A stretch of DNA of 64,000 bases from Eledone cirrhosa (Eukaryota): contig OZ024744.1 in the NCBI GenBank assembly GCA_964016885.1, positions 34,472,001-34,536,000 of the forward strand, given 5' to 3'. A program made the position numbers and the translations under genes. Each line of letters opens with the position of its first letter. Position 1 is the stretch's first letter. The notes beneath the pieces are model-generated. The model was not told where the DNA came from and did not search any database. It saw only the letters and a program-made list of their open reading frames with translations. Positions 1 through 13,951 of the stretch are shown here, in pieces.

Positions 1-740
1 GGTATGGAAAGGGGGTAAATGTTTTTATCCCAAGGATACCCCTTTGTCCGTCAACATCAGAGATCCCCTTTTCATTTAGGAGGCTCCAGTTTCCAGTTCG
101 TTGTAGTTTCGCTATGACGATAAATAAGTCTCAGGGGAAAATATTGTCCGCCGGGGGAATAAACCTAGAAGAGCCTTGCTTTTCACACGGTCAGCTATAC
201 GTTGGATGTTCCAGAGTGGGAAGCAAAAGAAACCTTTATGCATTTGCTCCAAACGGTAAAACCACAAACATTGTGTACCAAGAAGTTCTGTAATCAACAC
301 TGCGACACAAACCGTCTTCTAACAATCAAATACCTCGCTACTTTCAATAAACCAAATTGTAGACATACTGCCTTTTTGAAATTCATAACACCATACTTTT
401 CGACTGTAAACGTTGTGACCACTTTTAGCTGCACGGTATTGAAATGCACGTTCCCCTCTGGTTGGTTGAGCCAGTTTTCCATGGATTCGCCAGCGCGTGC
501 AGCAGACATTGATTCACATATCTTTGTTGCCGCAGTTGACGCCGTGTTTCGGTAGACGCAGCTCGAGTTGCGGAAATTGACTCCCATTTCTTCGCTGCCG
601 CAGTTGACGCTGTGTTTCGGTTGATGCAGCTCGAGCTGCGGAAGTTGCCTCAGCATTTCTATGCCGCCGTAATGAAGGGTGTGGTTCGTTCTCTGCATCT
701 CCTGCAATAGACGTTGCCTCAATATTTGCTTTCTGTAGCC
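1..740 (+). mobile_element. 3' part of a second Helitron copy (PIF1-like helicase C-terminus plus downstream region), interrupted near 740
   Basis: Near-identical direct copy of 8221-8957. Encodes FPVRCSFAMTINKSQG and FSHGQLYVGCSRV helicase motifs, stop at ~293. Confidence 0.92.
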
Positions 741-744
741 ATTT

Positions 745-1022
745 TGTTTCTGTGTGTGTCACACACAGAAACAAAATGGCGTAGGACAGAACAAAGGAGA
801 GGCACAAAAACAAAGAAAAGAATCCCCAGTCACTGAAGAGGTCACAGAATGTGTGACGAAAGAACTGTGACAATATATAAACAACCATCTGGTTGTGGAA
901 CCAACCAACCAACCGGAAATTTATAAATTCCTAAATTTATAAATTTATTATAATAAATTGAAGTGAAAGCAACTGGTGCGTGTGTTTCTTATTGGCAACA
1001 TGACCCTCCCAAAGTATAACAA
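745..1022 (+). mobile_element. Solo pLTR fragment of the Naiad-like PLE family
   Basis: Matches the reverse complement of 11925-12140, the 3' pLTR of the PLE at 12260-13330. Ends in ATGACCCTCCCAAAGTATAACAA followed by (TA)n. Confidence 0.8.
829..871 (+). ncRNA. Minimal type I HHR motif with a CUG cleavage triplet (probably inactive copy)
   Basis: GUCA-CUGAAGA-G-GUCACA/UGUGAC-GAAA-GAAC-UG-UGAC. Helix I is GUCA/UGAC. Confidence 0.65.
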
Positions 1023-1033
1023 TATATATATAT

Positions 1034-1248
<215 letters not shown>

Positions 1249-1438
1249 ATGCACGAGTGCATTAATGTTTTCCAGGACACAGTGTTATGTACCGTGTAGT
1301 GGAATGTCAGCTTACAACAGAGTGGTGCTCAACGAAATGCAGAAAAAAGGTGTATATTCCAGTTTAGCTATATTCCGGGGCGTGTATAAAGAATTAAAAA
1401 GAACAGAAAGATGCAGTAAAAGAGATTTATTCGGATAA

Positions 1439-1553
1439 TCTCTGATGATATGGGATCGATTGTGCATTGGATATCGAATGGTCTACTAAATATATAATAT
1501 TATAGAAGTAGCGAGAACAAGGCAAATAGATGTCTATTGAAACGTACGTAAGA
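1439..1553 (+). ncRNA. Type I HHR with a ~90 nt helix II insert, inside a 50-bp inverted repeat (1385-1434 / 1555-1604)
   Basis: UCU-CUGAUGA-UAUGGGAUC...GAUGUCUAUU-GAAA-CGUACG-UA-AGA. Palindromic helix III ACGUACGU, with AATAAA just downstream. Confidence 0.6.
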
Positions 1554-1644
1554 ACCGAATAAATCTCTTTTACTGCATCTTTCTGTTCTTTTTAATTCTT
1601 TATATATATATATATATATATATATACATAGTCCACACTATATA

Positions 1645-1720
<76 letters not shown>

Positions 1721-1755
1721 GTCCACACACTATATATATATATATATATATATAC

Positions 1756-1788
<33 letters not shown>

Positions 1789-2030
1789 AATATATATATT
1801 CAGGTTTGAGGTTCACCACTGGATAGAGCTGGTCAATTCCGTATGGTCAATCGCAATGTAATAATATAGAGAGTACTCAACGTAAAGCAGTTTAACCGTC
1901 TTTGTTTTTGTAGTTGGTGGTGCTATTACGGAGTTAAATATTATGTTAAATATCATACGGAACCCGGTCATTGAAATGATCATAGTATAATAAACCTTTC
2001 AAGGATTTACACAAATCCAGCCTCCTGTCA

Positions 2031-2077
<47 letters not shown>

Positions 2078-2081
<4 letters not shown>

Positions 2082-2490
2082 GGAAAAAATGAAACGAAAT
2101 TTCATTTCCCACTCTTAGTACGGCTGTTACTTAAATATAAGTATGTACACGTATACAGACGTACAGTAGTATGTACATATATATACATATATGCACACAT
2201 ATATATATGTACGTATGGATTTACCGAACATTTATTATAATGCTCGGTGTGTTTGTAAACAAATATCCCGTATTAAGCCGTAGTGTCTAGCAACCATCGT
2301 TGCTCGTTTGTTCAACAGTGACAAAGGAACGCTGTACTAGTTTCAAGCTTATTAGCTATTGTCAGCAACGTATACCTTCCTGCCAGATTGTTGAACGTAT
2401 ATACTTACCTTATGCATATTAACGGCTGAGTAGCCCAATTTGCATATCGAGTGGGTTAATCGGCCGGGTGCAGGAAGGTATACGTTGGTT
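2078..2490 (-). mobile_element. Retrozyme-like family B monomer (HHR at 2330-2370 with uncompensated G8A core CUGACAA)
   Basis: Reverse-complement match to 43574-44215. Confidence 0.75.
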
Positions 2491-2494
2491 AGTG

Positions 2495-2701
2495 TTGGTT
2501 AGTATTCAGTTTTGGTTTTAAGTTTTACCGGTTGCGCATTTCTAATGCTTTTCAAAAATAATTTTGAGATAGAGCGCTCGTGATGTTTGCTCTAATCAGA
2601 TAAGAGCAAACATCACGGGCGCTCTATCTCAAAATTATTTTTGAAAAGCATTAGAAATGCGCAACCGGTAAAACTTAAAACCAAAACTGAATACTAACCA
2701 A
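2495..2701. repeat. ~100-bp-arm palindrome with an HHR-like variant in each arm (plus copy 2638-2673)
   Basis: Arms are reverse complements around ~2598. Motif UUU-UUGAAAA-GCAUU/AAUGC-GCAA-CCGG-UA-AAA. Confidence 0.8.
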
Positions 2702-2820
2702 TTCTATTACTAATTTTTACTTATTCCTAATTAAACTATTTTTCACTGGGAACAATTTGTCAGCATTTTCTTTTCCTTTTACCAATATATCACAACTCGT
2801 GTGTTACACCTCTATTCTTT

Positions 2821-2890
<70 letters not shown>

Positions 2891-3086
2891 ATTTTATTAT
2901 TTGTTTGACTCGAATAGCTTGATCGTTTCTATGGCTTTGCAGATAATGGTTTAACCATCGTCTCAGTGTGTTTGGCCTTTTAACGTACGTTGTTGCTCTA
3001 GTTCACTCGCTTCTATGGAGCGCTTGCCACACATCTCGGAAGTTGTTTTTCGCTAATTTCCAATAGCCGAAATGCGATTCTCGCTA

Positions 3087-3158
<72 letters not shown>

Positions 3159-3877
3159 GAAAATGTCTGTCTGTCTGTGTGTGTGTCTATTCTGCAGCAA
3201 CGTTTGATCCGCGAGGCCGATTTTCAAAATTGTTTTTGTAATCAACCGCAAACTTATCAGGGCAGGTCGACACGTCATTGCGGATGATCGACTCCTTTGT
3301 CCAAGTAAAAAATCGATAAAACTGACTATAGCTACGACTTTACACAGAAAAAATCTTTATATTTATAAAAATGAAAAAGAAAGAGTGAGAGTGAAAGAAA
3401 CAGATAGACTAAAAGAGGGGGATAGCGGGAGAGTGAGAGAGAGAGAGAGAGATAGAGCGACAGTGGAAGAGGGGGAGGAAAGCTATAACTAATTAACATG
3501 TGTGCGTTTGTGTGTGCGTGCGCGTGTGTGTGTGTGTTCGTGCAGCGTTCCAGTAAGAGTTAAATCTATTAACATGTGTGTGTACGTGCACACGTGCGTG
3601 CGTGAGTTTGCGTGCGTTTGAGCGTTTGCGAGCGTGAGTGTGTGCGTGTGTACGTGTGTGTGTACGTGCATGTCGCGTTTCACTTACGCCATTTTTTCAG
3701 TGACAGTAGTTGTTGTAGATGATAATTTATTTATAAACAGCATACTACTTATTTTATTACGAACTAGAATAAATAATCCTTCCTCCAACGACTACTTCTT
3801 CTGCGATAGGCAAAGTCACCTCTTCTCACCATACCTAAATTCTATTGCAGCAAAAGGTTACTTCCGCATATTATACA

Positions 3878-6800
3878 ATGCCACGGCGAAAAAGATGCCT
3901 ACTTGGTAGATCTTCAGCTTCAGCTTTAAAAATGAAAAGAAGACGGTTGGAAGAAACGCCACAAATGACTCAATCCAGAAGAACTCACGAAGCTTCCCTT
4001 AGAGCTCTTGCAAGAGCTGCGACTGAAGATGGAGAACGTTCAAAACGACTAGACAGATTATTCCGCCAAAAGAAAAATGCTGAAGCAACTGCTATTGCAC
4101 GAGCTGCAGAAAACGAAACAACGTTCGCTGCGACAGCAACGAAATGCTGCATCAACTTCTGCTGCTCGAAATGCAGAAAACGATGCTCAACGCTCACTGC
4201 GAGAGAAAAGAAATGCAGAGGCAACTGCTATTACACGAGCTGCGGAAACTGAAACACAACGTTTGCTGCGACAACAAAGAGATGCTGCATCAACTTCTGC
4301 TACACGCGCTAGAGAAACCGTTGAACACCGACAACAACGGCTGGGCGAGAACGCACGTCGCAGAGCTTCTGCACGGGGTCTTTCAAAGCCTTGCAGATCA
4401 CGGTGGTCGCTTAAGGCATTTAACTATGACCCAAACGATAGTTATGAGACGCACCCAGATATCCAAATTGGTTCTATGTCTACAATTTGCCCGCTTTGCA
4501 ATGCTAAGAAATGGCCAGAGGAAGCTAAAGGAATGTGCTGCGCCAATGGTAAAGTCAAACTGCCCCTTCTTCAGGACCCCCCTCAGCCGTTGAAGTTCCT
4601 ACTGACAGGCGCGACGTCGGACTCGAGAAAATTTCTTCGTGAAATTGTCAGTACAACTGCGCCTTCCAAATGACCTCCTTCGGATCAAACATTGTCAATG
4701 AAGGTGGATTTATGCCTACTTTCAAAGTACAAGGGCAGGTTTACCACAGGATCGGATCTGTGGCAAATGCAGAGCACAACTTCCTTCAGATTTACTTCAT
4801 TGCTGACTACAGAGAACAGGCAGAGAGACGGAAAGCCGTTTCACCCAAAACCAACCCAGAGCTGCTAATTCAACTTCAAGAAATGCTGCATGCGAACAAC
4901 AGTTACGTGCTTAGCTTCAAATACACCCTGGAAAATGCACCTTTAAACAACTTCAACTTGGTTCTCAATGCTGAAGAAAGACCACCCTGAGAGGATGCCG
5001 GTCGCTACAATCTACCCGTATGCAATAAAGTTGCTATAGTCCTCCATTGTGATCAACACAACAGAAGAGATGTTGTTCTTAAACGTCGTGACAACACCCT
5101 TCAACTGATCAGTAAGATACACAGATCCTACGATGCACTGATGTATCCACTTCTCTTTCCGCATGGTGAAAACGGATACCACACCACAATTCCGCAGTTC
5201 AACCCACTGGCACCTGACCAACCTACCAATAAGACAGTGTCTTGCATGCAATTCTATGCCTACCACTTCATGGTCTGCGACAACTGCTTTAACCACCTTC
5301 ATCGTTCACAACAACTATTCAACCAATTTGCTGTAGACATGGCCGCGAAAATGGAGACTGAACGACTGTGCCTCATAAGATTAAACCAGACAAAACTACG
5401 CTGCGACGATTACATTCACCTACGTGATGGAATGAACAATAATGAAAACCCAGATAACATTGGAAAAGATTGCATTTTACCTTCAACCTTCGAAGGAAGT
5501 CCCCGTTGTGTGTATTCAAGAACCCAGGACGCGATGACGTATGTGCGCGTGTACGGCAACCCAGACCTATTTATTACTTTTACAGGCAATCCTTCGTGGC
5601 AAGAAATTGCCCATGAACTCCTTCCAGGACAACAGCCCAGCGGTCGCCATGACCTCTCATCCAGAGTCTTCGAGCTAAAAGTATACAAACTAATGGACCT
5701 TATCACAAAGGGCCAGGTATTTGGACGTGTGCAATGTTACATGTACACAATTGAATGGGAGAAGCGGGGGACTCCCCCATGCTCACATTTTTATTTGGTT
5801 GTCGACAAAAATCAGAGCAGACGACATCGATAAGATTATATCCGCAGACCTCCTAAACCCGCAAACTGACAAAACCCTATTTGACAGGTTACGGCGCACA
5901 TGGTTCACGGTCCTTGTGGACGTGTCTTCAAATCTAACTCCCCGTGTTTGAACAACGGTATTTACTCCAAAAAATACCCAAAAGCATTCCTTCGCGAAAC
6001 TCAAACTGCTGATGACGGATACCCATCATACAGACGAAGGAGCCCTGAGGACGGAGGATTAACAGCACTGGTTGGAAAACATGAAATTGACAACCGATGG
6101 ATTGTACCGTACTGCCCATTACTACTCAAGGCGTTCAACTCCCATATAAATGTTGAATGGTGCAACTCTATTAAATCAATCAAATATGTCTGCAAATATA
6201 TAAATAAGGGCCCGGATTCCGCCATGTTCGGGCTTAAAGAAGAAAACAAACGGGATGAAGTTGCACAGTACCAATCAGCACAATATATAAGTACCAGGGA
6301 GGCCTTTTGACGAATTTACCGTTTCTCAATGCACAGAAGACACCCTGCCGTCCAACAGCTTTCTATGCACCTGGAAAACGGCCAAAGAGTGTACTATACA
6401 AAATAAACAGCTTTTCTGAGGGCTCTGCAACCAAGGAACACAACTCTTCCTGCATTCTTTCAACTATGTCAAGGCGACGCATTCGCTCGCACTTTACTGT
6501 ATCCCCAAGTCCCCTCTTTCTACAAATGGGAAAAATATTCATGGAAGCCAAGAATCAAAGGTGAAAGCGTTGATGGTCATCCGGATTTTAACTTTGACAG
6601 CTGCCTGGCGCGAGTTTACACAGTGCCTCTCATCTACCAAGAATGTTACTACCTGCGTATGCTTCTCCATGACGTAAGAGCACCAACCAGTTTTCAACAC
6701 CTAAGAACTATTGATGGCCAAATTTGGGACGACATGTACAAAGAGGCCTACTTTAGGCGTGGACCACTGGAAGATGGTGCTCAGTGGGATGCCACTTTGG

Positions 6801-8512
6801 CAGAAGCAGTTGTTTCACAAATGCCATACAGCCTTAGGAAGACTTTTGCTGTCTTACTGTACATTTGTGAATTGCCCGATCCTTCCTTCTTGTGGCTCAA
6901 GTACAGAGATGACCTCTCTGAGGACTTCAGACATCAAGCACAATTACAACTTCCTGACATGGAAGTAGGCTTCACAGATGAAATCTACAACAAAGCACTT
7001 ATTGGAATTGAAAATATGGTTGCTGCAATGGGTGGGAATGCACTGCAGACATATGGCCTGCCCCAAACCAACAGAACAGGCTCCGACGTCATTTTCGCAG
7101 AAATACTTCGGGAACGATCCTACGACACTGACAGATTGGCTACATATGTCACTGAATATGAACCAATGCTGCTGCAGGAACAGGAACGAGCATATAACAC
7201 TATTGCTGACTGTGTCCACCATCGTACGGGAGGAATCTTTTTCTTGGGCGCCCCTGGAAGCACAGGGAAGACTTTTGTCATACGGCTTCTCCTTGCCAAG
7301 GTTCGACAACACAGACACATAGCACTTGCTGTTGCATCTTCCGGTATTGCAGCAACCTTGCTTCCTAGGGGCAGGACAGCACATTCTGCCTTCACAATAT
7401 GACAGCAAATGACACACCCTGCTGTAATATTACCAAAGGATCAATAAAGGCAGAACTGCTTAAAAGGTGTGAACTTATAATTTGGGACGAATGTACCATG
7501 GCTCATAAAGGAGCTTTGGAGGCACTGGACCGGACTTTAAGAGACATAAGAGATTCCCAGGATCCCATGGGAGGCGTGATTGTCCTTTTATCCGGAGATT
7601 TTAGACAAACCCTCCCTGTTATTCCCAAAGGAACAATGGCTGATGCTATTCGAGCATGCTTAATGTCATCTCTGATTTGGCGTTGTCACAACATTAACGC
7701 TCTCTACGAACATGAGAGCTCGGATGCTTGGTGACCAAGTGTCATCAGATTTTGCTACCAACCTATTGACACTTGGAAACGGCAAAGTGCCACTTGATGA
7801 AGATGAAAAAATCTCCCTTGAACCGGTCTGCACTTTAGTCGACAGTGCTGACGACTTGACAGGTGCAGTATTCCCTGAGTTGAGCACTAACTACCAAAAT
7901 CCAAACTGGCTGTGCGAAAGGGCAATACTGGCTCCGAAAAATGAGACTGTCGACAAAATCAATGGACAACTGCTTAAGTCTCTTCCTACAGCTTCGTGTA
8001 CATACAAGTCCATCGATACAGTCACAGACCCCATTAACTACCCAATTGAGTTTCTTAACTCATTGAACCCCTCCGGGTTGCCATCTCATCGATTGGAACT
8101 TAAGCAAGGATGCCCAATTATGCTTTTGAGGAATCTACACACACCAAAACTCTGCAACGGCACCCGCCTTACAGTAAATAGACTAACGCAAAACTTGATC
8201 GAGGCGACGATTCTCTCGGGGTGTAGAAAGGGGGAAAATGTTTTTATCCCAAGGATACCCCTTTGTCCGTCAACATCAGAGATCCCCTTTTCATTTAGGA
8301 GGCTCCAATTTCTTGTTCGTTGTAGTTTCGCTATGACGATAAATAAGTCTCAGGGGAAAACATTGTCCGTCGCGGGAATAAACCTAGAAGAGCCTTGCTT
8401 TTCACACGGTCAGCTATACGTTGGATGTTCCAGAGTGGGAAGCAAAAGAAACCTTTATGCATTTGCTCCAAACGGTAAAACCACAAACATTGTGTACCAA
8501 GAAGTTCTGTAA
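3878..8512 (+). pseudogene. Helitron RepHel transposase (Zn finger, HUH Rep, PIF1-like SF1 helicase) with multiple frameshifts and stops
   Basis: CPLCNAKKW..MCCANGK; Rep motifs PDLFITFT, IEWEKRG/LPHAH, KYVCKYINKG; helicase motifs GAPGSTGKT, IIWDECTM, GDFRQTLPVI, FAMTINKSQG, FSHGQLYVGCSRV, spread over consecutive ORF fragments. Confidence 0.95.
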
Positions 8513-9158
8513 TCAACACTGCGACACAAACCGTCTTCTAACAATCAAATACCTCGCTGCTTTCAATAATTACCAAATTGTAGACATACTGCCTTTTTGA
8601 AATTCATAACACCATACTTTTCAACTGTAAACGTTGTGACCACTTTTAGCTGCACGGTATTGAAATGCACGTTCCCCTCTGGTTGGTTGAGCCAGTTTTC
8701 CATGGATTCGCCAGCGCGTGCAGCAGACGTTGATTCACATATCTTTGTTGCCGCAGTTGACGCCGTGTTTCAGTTGATACAGCTCAAACAGTAGACGTTG
8801 ACTCACAGTTCTTCGCTGCCGCAGTTGACGCTGTGTTTCGGTTGATGCAGCTCGAGCTGCGGAAGTTGCCTCAGCATTTCTATGCCGCCGTAATGAATGC
8901 TGTTGTTCATTCTCTGCATCTCCTGCAATAGACGTTGCCTCAATATTTGCTTTCTGTCGCAGTGAGGGTTGAGAATCGTTTTCTACACCTCAAGCAGCAG
9001 CAGTAGCCTCAGCATTTATTTGTTGTCGCATCGAACGTTGTGTTTCGTTTTCTGCATCTCGTGCAATAGAAGCTGCTTCAGCATTTTTCTTTTGGCGTAA
9101 TAATCGCTACTTCGTTATTCTCTGTTACTTTTGCAATCGTGGTTGGTGCAGAATTTGT

Positions 9159-10049
<891 letters not shown>

Positions 10050-10605
10050 GTTACTTTTGCAATCGAGATTGGTGCAGAATTTGTGTTGAGGAATTTTGAG
10101 CGTCCTTCATGTTTGGTCTATGTCACTGCAATCAGTCTAAGGAAAGCAACGTCAGTTTCTATTGGCTGCCACAACCATACAGAATGGTAAGCATTTCAAA
10201 CTACATAAATCATTAGAATGCCTACATATACGCAATGCATAACGAAAAATTTACATGTTTCTACTGTAGCAAACGTATGGCACCCCCCTCATTTGTACCT
10301 TTCACTCAAAGTCGCCATACATTATCTCCGTCATCCCGTAACGACTTCAGTCCCTGAATTGCCAAACATCCTACATTATTGTCATAAATTCCATGTGACT
10401 CACTTTTGGGCTGCTGACTTCCTTGTGGCATAGTTCGCGTTTGGAGCTTCACCGTGTCAACGTCACACTTTTACACCCATTTACCTTTCATATGCCATGA
10501 CATTTTACCGTTTTTACATCGAACAACACATACTTCTTATGGTTAAAAATAATGTTTTCTTTTGGGGGGGGGGGGTTCATCCTACATTGTTTTCTCTTTA
10601 AAATA

Positions 10606-10722
10606 ATTGTTTCTACTTTTGGCACAAGGCCAGCAATTATTCCAGTGCATTACTGGTACTTTATTTTATCGACCCCGTAAGGATGAAAGGCAAAGTTAAC
10701 CTCGGCGGGATTTGTACTCAGA
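10606..10722 (-). mobile_element. Partial tRNA-derived SINE nested in the Helitron
   Basis: Same family as 22895-23075. Confidence 0.8.
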
Positions 10723-10762
10723 TTTTCGCTTTAAAATAATGATTTACTAATGGTAGACTTAC

Positions 10763-10791
10763 ACCCGGGCAACGACGGGTATGGCTTCTAG
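10763..10791 (+). other. Helitron 3' terminal hairpin and CTAG end
   Basis: ACCCGGGCAACGACGGGT-ATGGCTT-CTAG|T matches the canonical subterminal hairpin plus CTRR. Confidence 0.85.
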
Positions 10792-11048
10792 TACATATAT
10801 TGTAATAATAATAAATGTGAATACTAAAATCCAAAGAGGGCTCGATAAGGATGAATATATATAAAATATATAAGAATCGTTGCCGATTCTTTGCATAAAC
10901 TTTAATCTGTTATTTTAATAAATATATATATATAACCAAATGTTAAACAAGGTTCATTGAATAATCAATGAATATAGTTTTACAATAGATTAGAAGCACT
11001 CAACATTTAAGTTTTCTGGAGTTATTAATATTAATTCTATATATTTTT

Positions 11049-11217
11049 AAATATAGACTTTCACGTAATCAAAGTATATTTTATTATATATATTTCGGAG
11101 GTACTGTGCTATTTTTTCAGAACGTCCTCATCAGAAAAAACAGGACTGAAAAAACAGTACAGTACCGCCGAAATATATATAATAAAATATATTTTGATTA
11201 CGTGAATGTCTATATTT
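11049..11217. repeat. Inverted repeat with an HHR motif on the minus strand (11079-11140) and a truncated copy on plus
   Basis: Minus strand: UUUUUU-CUGAUGA-GGA...UCC-GAAA-UAUAUA-UA-AUAAAA. Confidence 0.65.
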
Positions 11218-11234
11218 ATTATTAATATTTTTAA

Positions 11235-11289
<55 letters not shown>

Positions 11290-11292
<3 letters not shown>

Positions 11293-11650
11293 TATGTATA
11301 CGTACATACATATATATATGTATACAGATGTACAGTAGTATATATATATACATACATGCACACATATATATATATGTACGTATGGATTCAACAAACATTT
11401 ATTATAATGCTCGGTGTGTTTGTAAACAAACATCCCGTATTAAGCCGTCGTGTCTAGCAACCACCGTTGCTCGTTTGTTCAACACTGACAAAGGAACGCT
11501 GTACTAGTTTCAAGCTTGTTAGCTATCGTCAGCAATGTATACCTTCCTGCCAGATAGTTGAACGTCCGAAAGTATATACTTTCCTTATGCATATTAACGG
11601 CTGAGCTACGCCTTAATACGGGATGTAAGCGCAGCCTAATATTGCCTAAA
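11290..11650 (-). mobile_element. Retrozyme-like family B partial monomer with an intact HHR core at 11497-11537
   Basis: Minus strand: CAUUG-CUGACGA-UAGCU-AACA-AGCUU-GAAA-CUAG-UA-CAGCG. Confidence 0.78.
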
Positions 11651-11706
11651 TTGCATCTCAACCTTATGGGAGATTATCAAATATAAAGATTTACATATAG
11701 ACAAAG

Positions 11707-11751
<45 letters not shown>

Positions 11752-11924
11752 TTTGGCAACCATTCACGATGTGGCTCAATGACGTATTAATTAATTAAAT
11801 AATCAACAATCAGAGCAATATACAATAAAGTATGTCCATAGAATCATTTGATAAAATATATACACCATTTCTTCTCCCAATCAACATATATATATATATA
11901 TATATATGTTGATTACTTTGTTAC

Positions 11925-13364
11925 ACTTTGGGAGGGTCATGTTGTCAATAAGAAACACACGCACCAGTTGCATTCACTCAAATTTATTATAAATTAAATT
12001 TATAAATTTCCGGTTGGTTGGGTGGTTCCACAACCGGACGGTTGTTCATATATTGTCAAAGTTCTGTGACCTCTTCAGTGACTGGAGATTCTTTTCTTTG
12101 TTTTTGCCTCTCTTTTGTTCTGTCCTACGTTGTTTTTGTGTGTGTTGTGCGCTTAGTTTGCGCATGTGTTACATCCGGGTGTCTGTGTGTGTTTTTATTT
12201 GTTTATTTACATTTACTGGTTGGTTGTTTGTTCTATGTGTGTGTGTTTTCATTTTGTCCTTAATTGTAAATTGTGATATTGCTATTCCATTCATGTTTTC
12301 TATTTAATTTTGGTTGGAGTTCATTTATGTTTATTGCCTCTGTGATTTGTCTAAACATTGCGTCTTTTCTGTGTGTAGATTCTATTTTTATTTCTATGTT
12401 CTCTAATTTGCACTTATGTTCTATTTTAGCATGTTGGTGGAGTATTGATGATTCTTTTCTATCTTGAAGCTCTCGCCAGTGTACATTTAATCGTTCTCCT
12501 ATACTACGAGCTGTCTCACCTATGTACACTATATTCTTATCTTTACATTGTCCTTCAGTACATCTTATGCTATATACTATGTTTCTAATTTTACAGTTAA
12601 TATGAGGGCTTAGTTTACAGATTATGCATTTCTTATCTATACAGGGAGGTCTTTGAAAAGGGTATGTATTACTAATAAGTGTTTTTATGGAGGTACCTGG
12701 TCTTTCTACTATCTTAATATTTAGTTTAAGTTTATTTAGGGCCCTTCTAAATTTGTAAGCTAGCTCACCTCTAGGGGTTGTATTGATGAACATTACACTC
12801 TGGTATTTATTGCTATCATACCATGAGTTTATTCTATTATTCTTATTCCTAGTTCTTTCTATTCTATTCCAAAATTTGCTCCTATACAAGGGGCAGGTCC
12901 CATTTGTATCATTATTTACCATTTTTTCCCATTTGGTTCTGGCTCCTCTATATACTCTGATTTTATCTCTCTGATTGTAATCATTGAACTGCATAAGGTG
13001 GATGAAGTGTTGTATGTTTCTCTCTAGTTCTTTGGGGTTGCACATGCGGGACACGTTTCTCATCACCCGTACCAAATCCGCAATCAGTATGTTGATTTTG
13101 GTGTGATCCGAAACAGCTGAGTTTCGGTGGATCAGATATTTGGAAGTTATGGGTTTGGCATAATGGGAATGGAGGATTTTTGTTGTTGTTATTAATGCTT
13201 TCTAACCAGAGCTCTGTGTCTAGTACAGGTAATCGATGGTTGGGGTGTTTGCTTGGGCAACTTGGGTGTTTGCTTATTGGCAACATGACCTTCCCAAAGT
13301 ATAACAATATCGGTTTCAACACACGTTTTCAGATAAAGAATCTTGCTAAACAAATTCAGAAACG

Positions 13365-13370
<6 letters not shown>
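11925..13370 (-). mobile_element. 5'-truncated PLE (Naiad-like) with 3' pLTR and an inverted pLTR piece at the truncation point
   Basis: RT end PSKHPNHRLPVLDTELW, then GIY-YIG ORF. pLTR at 11925-12140 has an internally deleted HHR. 13272-13370 is the pLTR tail in the opposite orientation. Confidence 0.85.
12260..13075 (-). CDS. PLE RT thumb, Cys linker and GIY-YIG endonuclease (C-terminal fragment)
   Basis: CxxxxCxxC linker, IVYSIRCTEGQC..VYIGETARSIGERLNVH, HQHAKIEH, RQITEA, LNRKHEWNS. Confidence 0.85.
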   Translation of the reverse strand: MVRVMRNVSRMCNPKELERNIQHFIHLMQFNDYNQRDKIRVYRGARTKWEKMVNNDTNGTCPLYRSKFWNRIERTRNKNNRINSWYDSNKYQSVMFINTTPRGELAYKFRRALNKLKLNIKIVERPGTSIKTLISNTYPFQRPPCIDKKCIICKLSPHINCKIRNIVYSIRCTEGQCKDKNIVYIGETARSIGERLNVHWRELQDRKESSILHQHAKIEHKCKLENIEIKIESTHRKDAMFRQITEAININELQPKLNRKHEWNSNITIYN

Positions 13371-13412
<42 letters not shown>

Positions 13413-13519
13413 ATATATATATATATTTTTATAAATAAGAGAAATAAGAGGAAGGTACGAACGGGGATATTTCCCTTCATCAGTTGTCTGTTGGGTTTCT
13501 TCACAATATATATATATAT

Positions 13520-13868
13520 ATAAGATAAGCAGAAATAACAACACAATCGGCACAGTATATGGAAGGAATATATTAGGTTAACGCTTGAAATAGCAGGAAG
13601 AGCTTCCTGACGTTTCGGACGCTAGTCCTTCACAAGAAGAATGAGAAATAAGATAGATTGAAGAGACAGGTGGGTTGGAATTGGAAAAACTGTCTTTAAG
13701 TAAAAATAACAGGTCCATTCATGTTGACATCTCTTGGAAAATTGTTGGTGCTGGCGTTTTACGTATGATTTATTTTTTTTAGAAAGGTGGCTGTTGGAGC
13801 GTGTCTACCTGAAATAGAAAAAAGAAAACATTTTGTAAAAAGAGCTATACTTGTGCGCGTGCGTAAAC

Positions 13869-13951
<83 letters not shown>

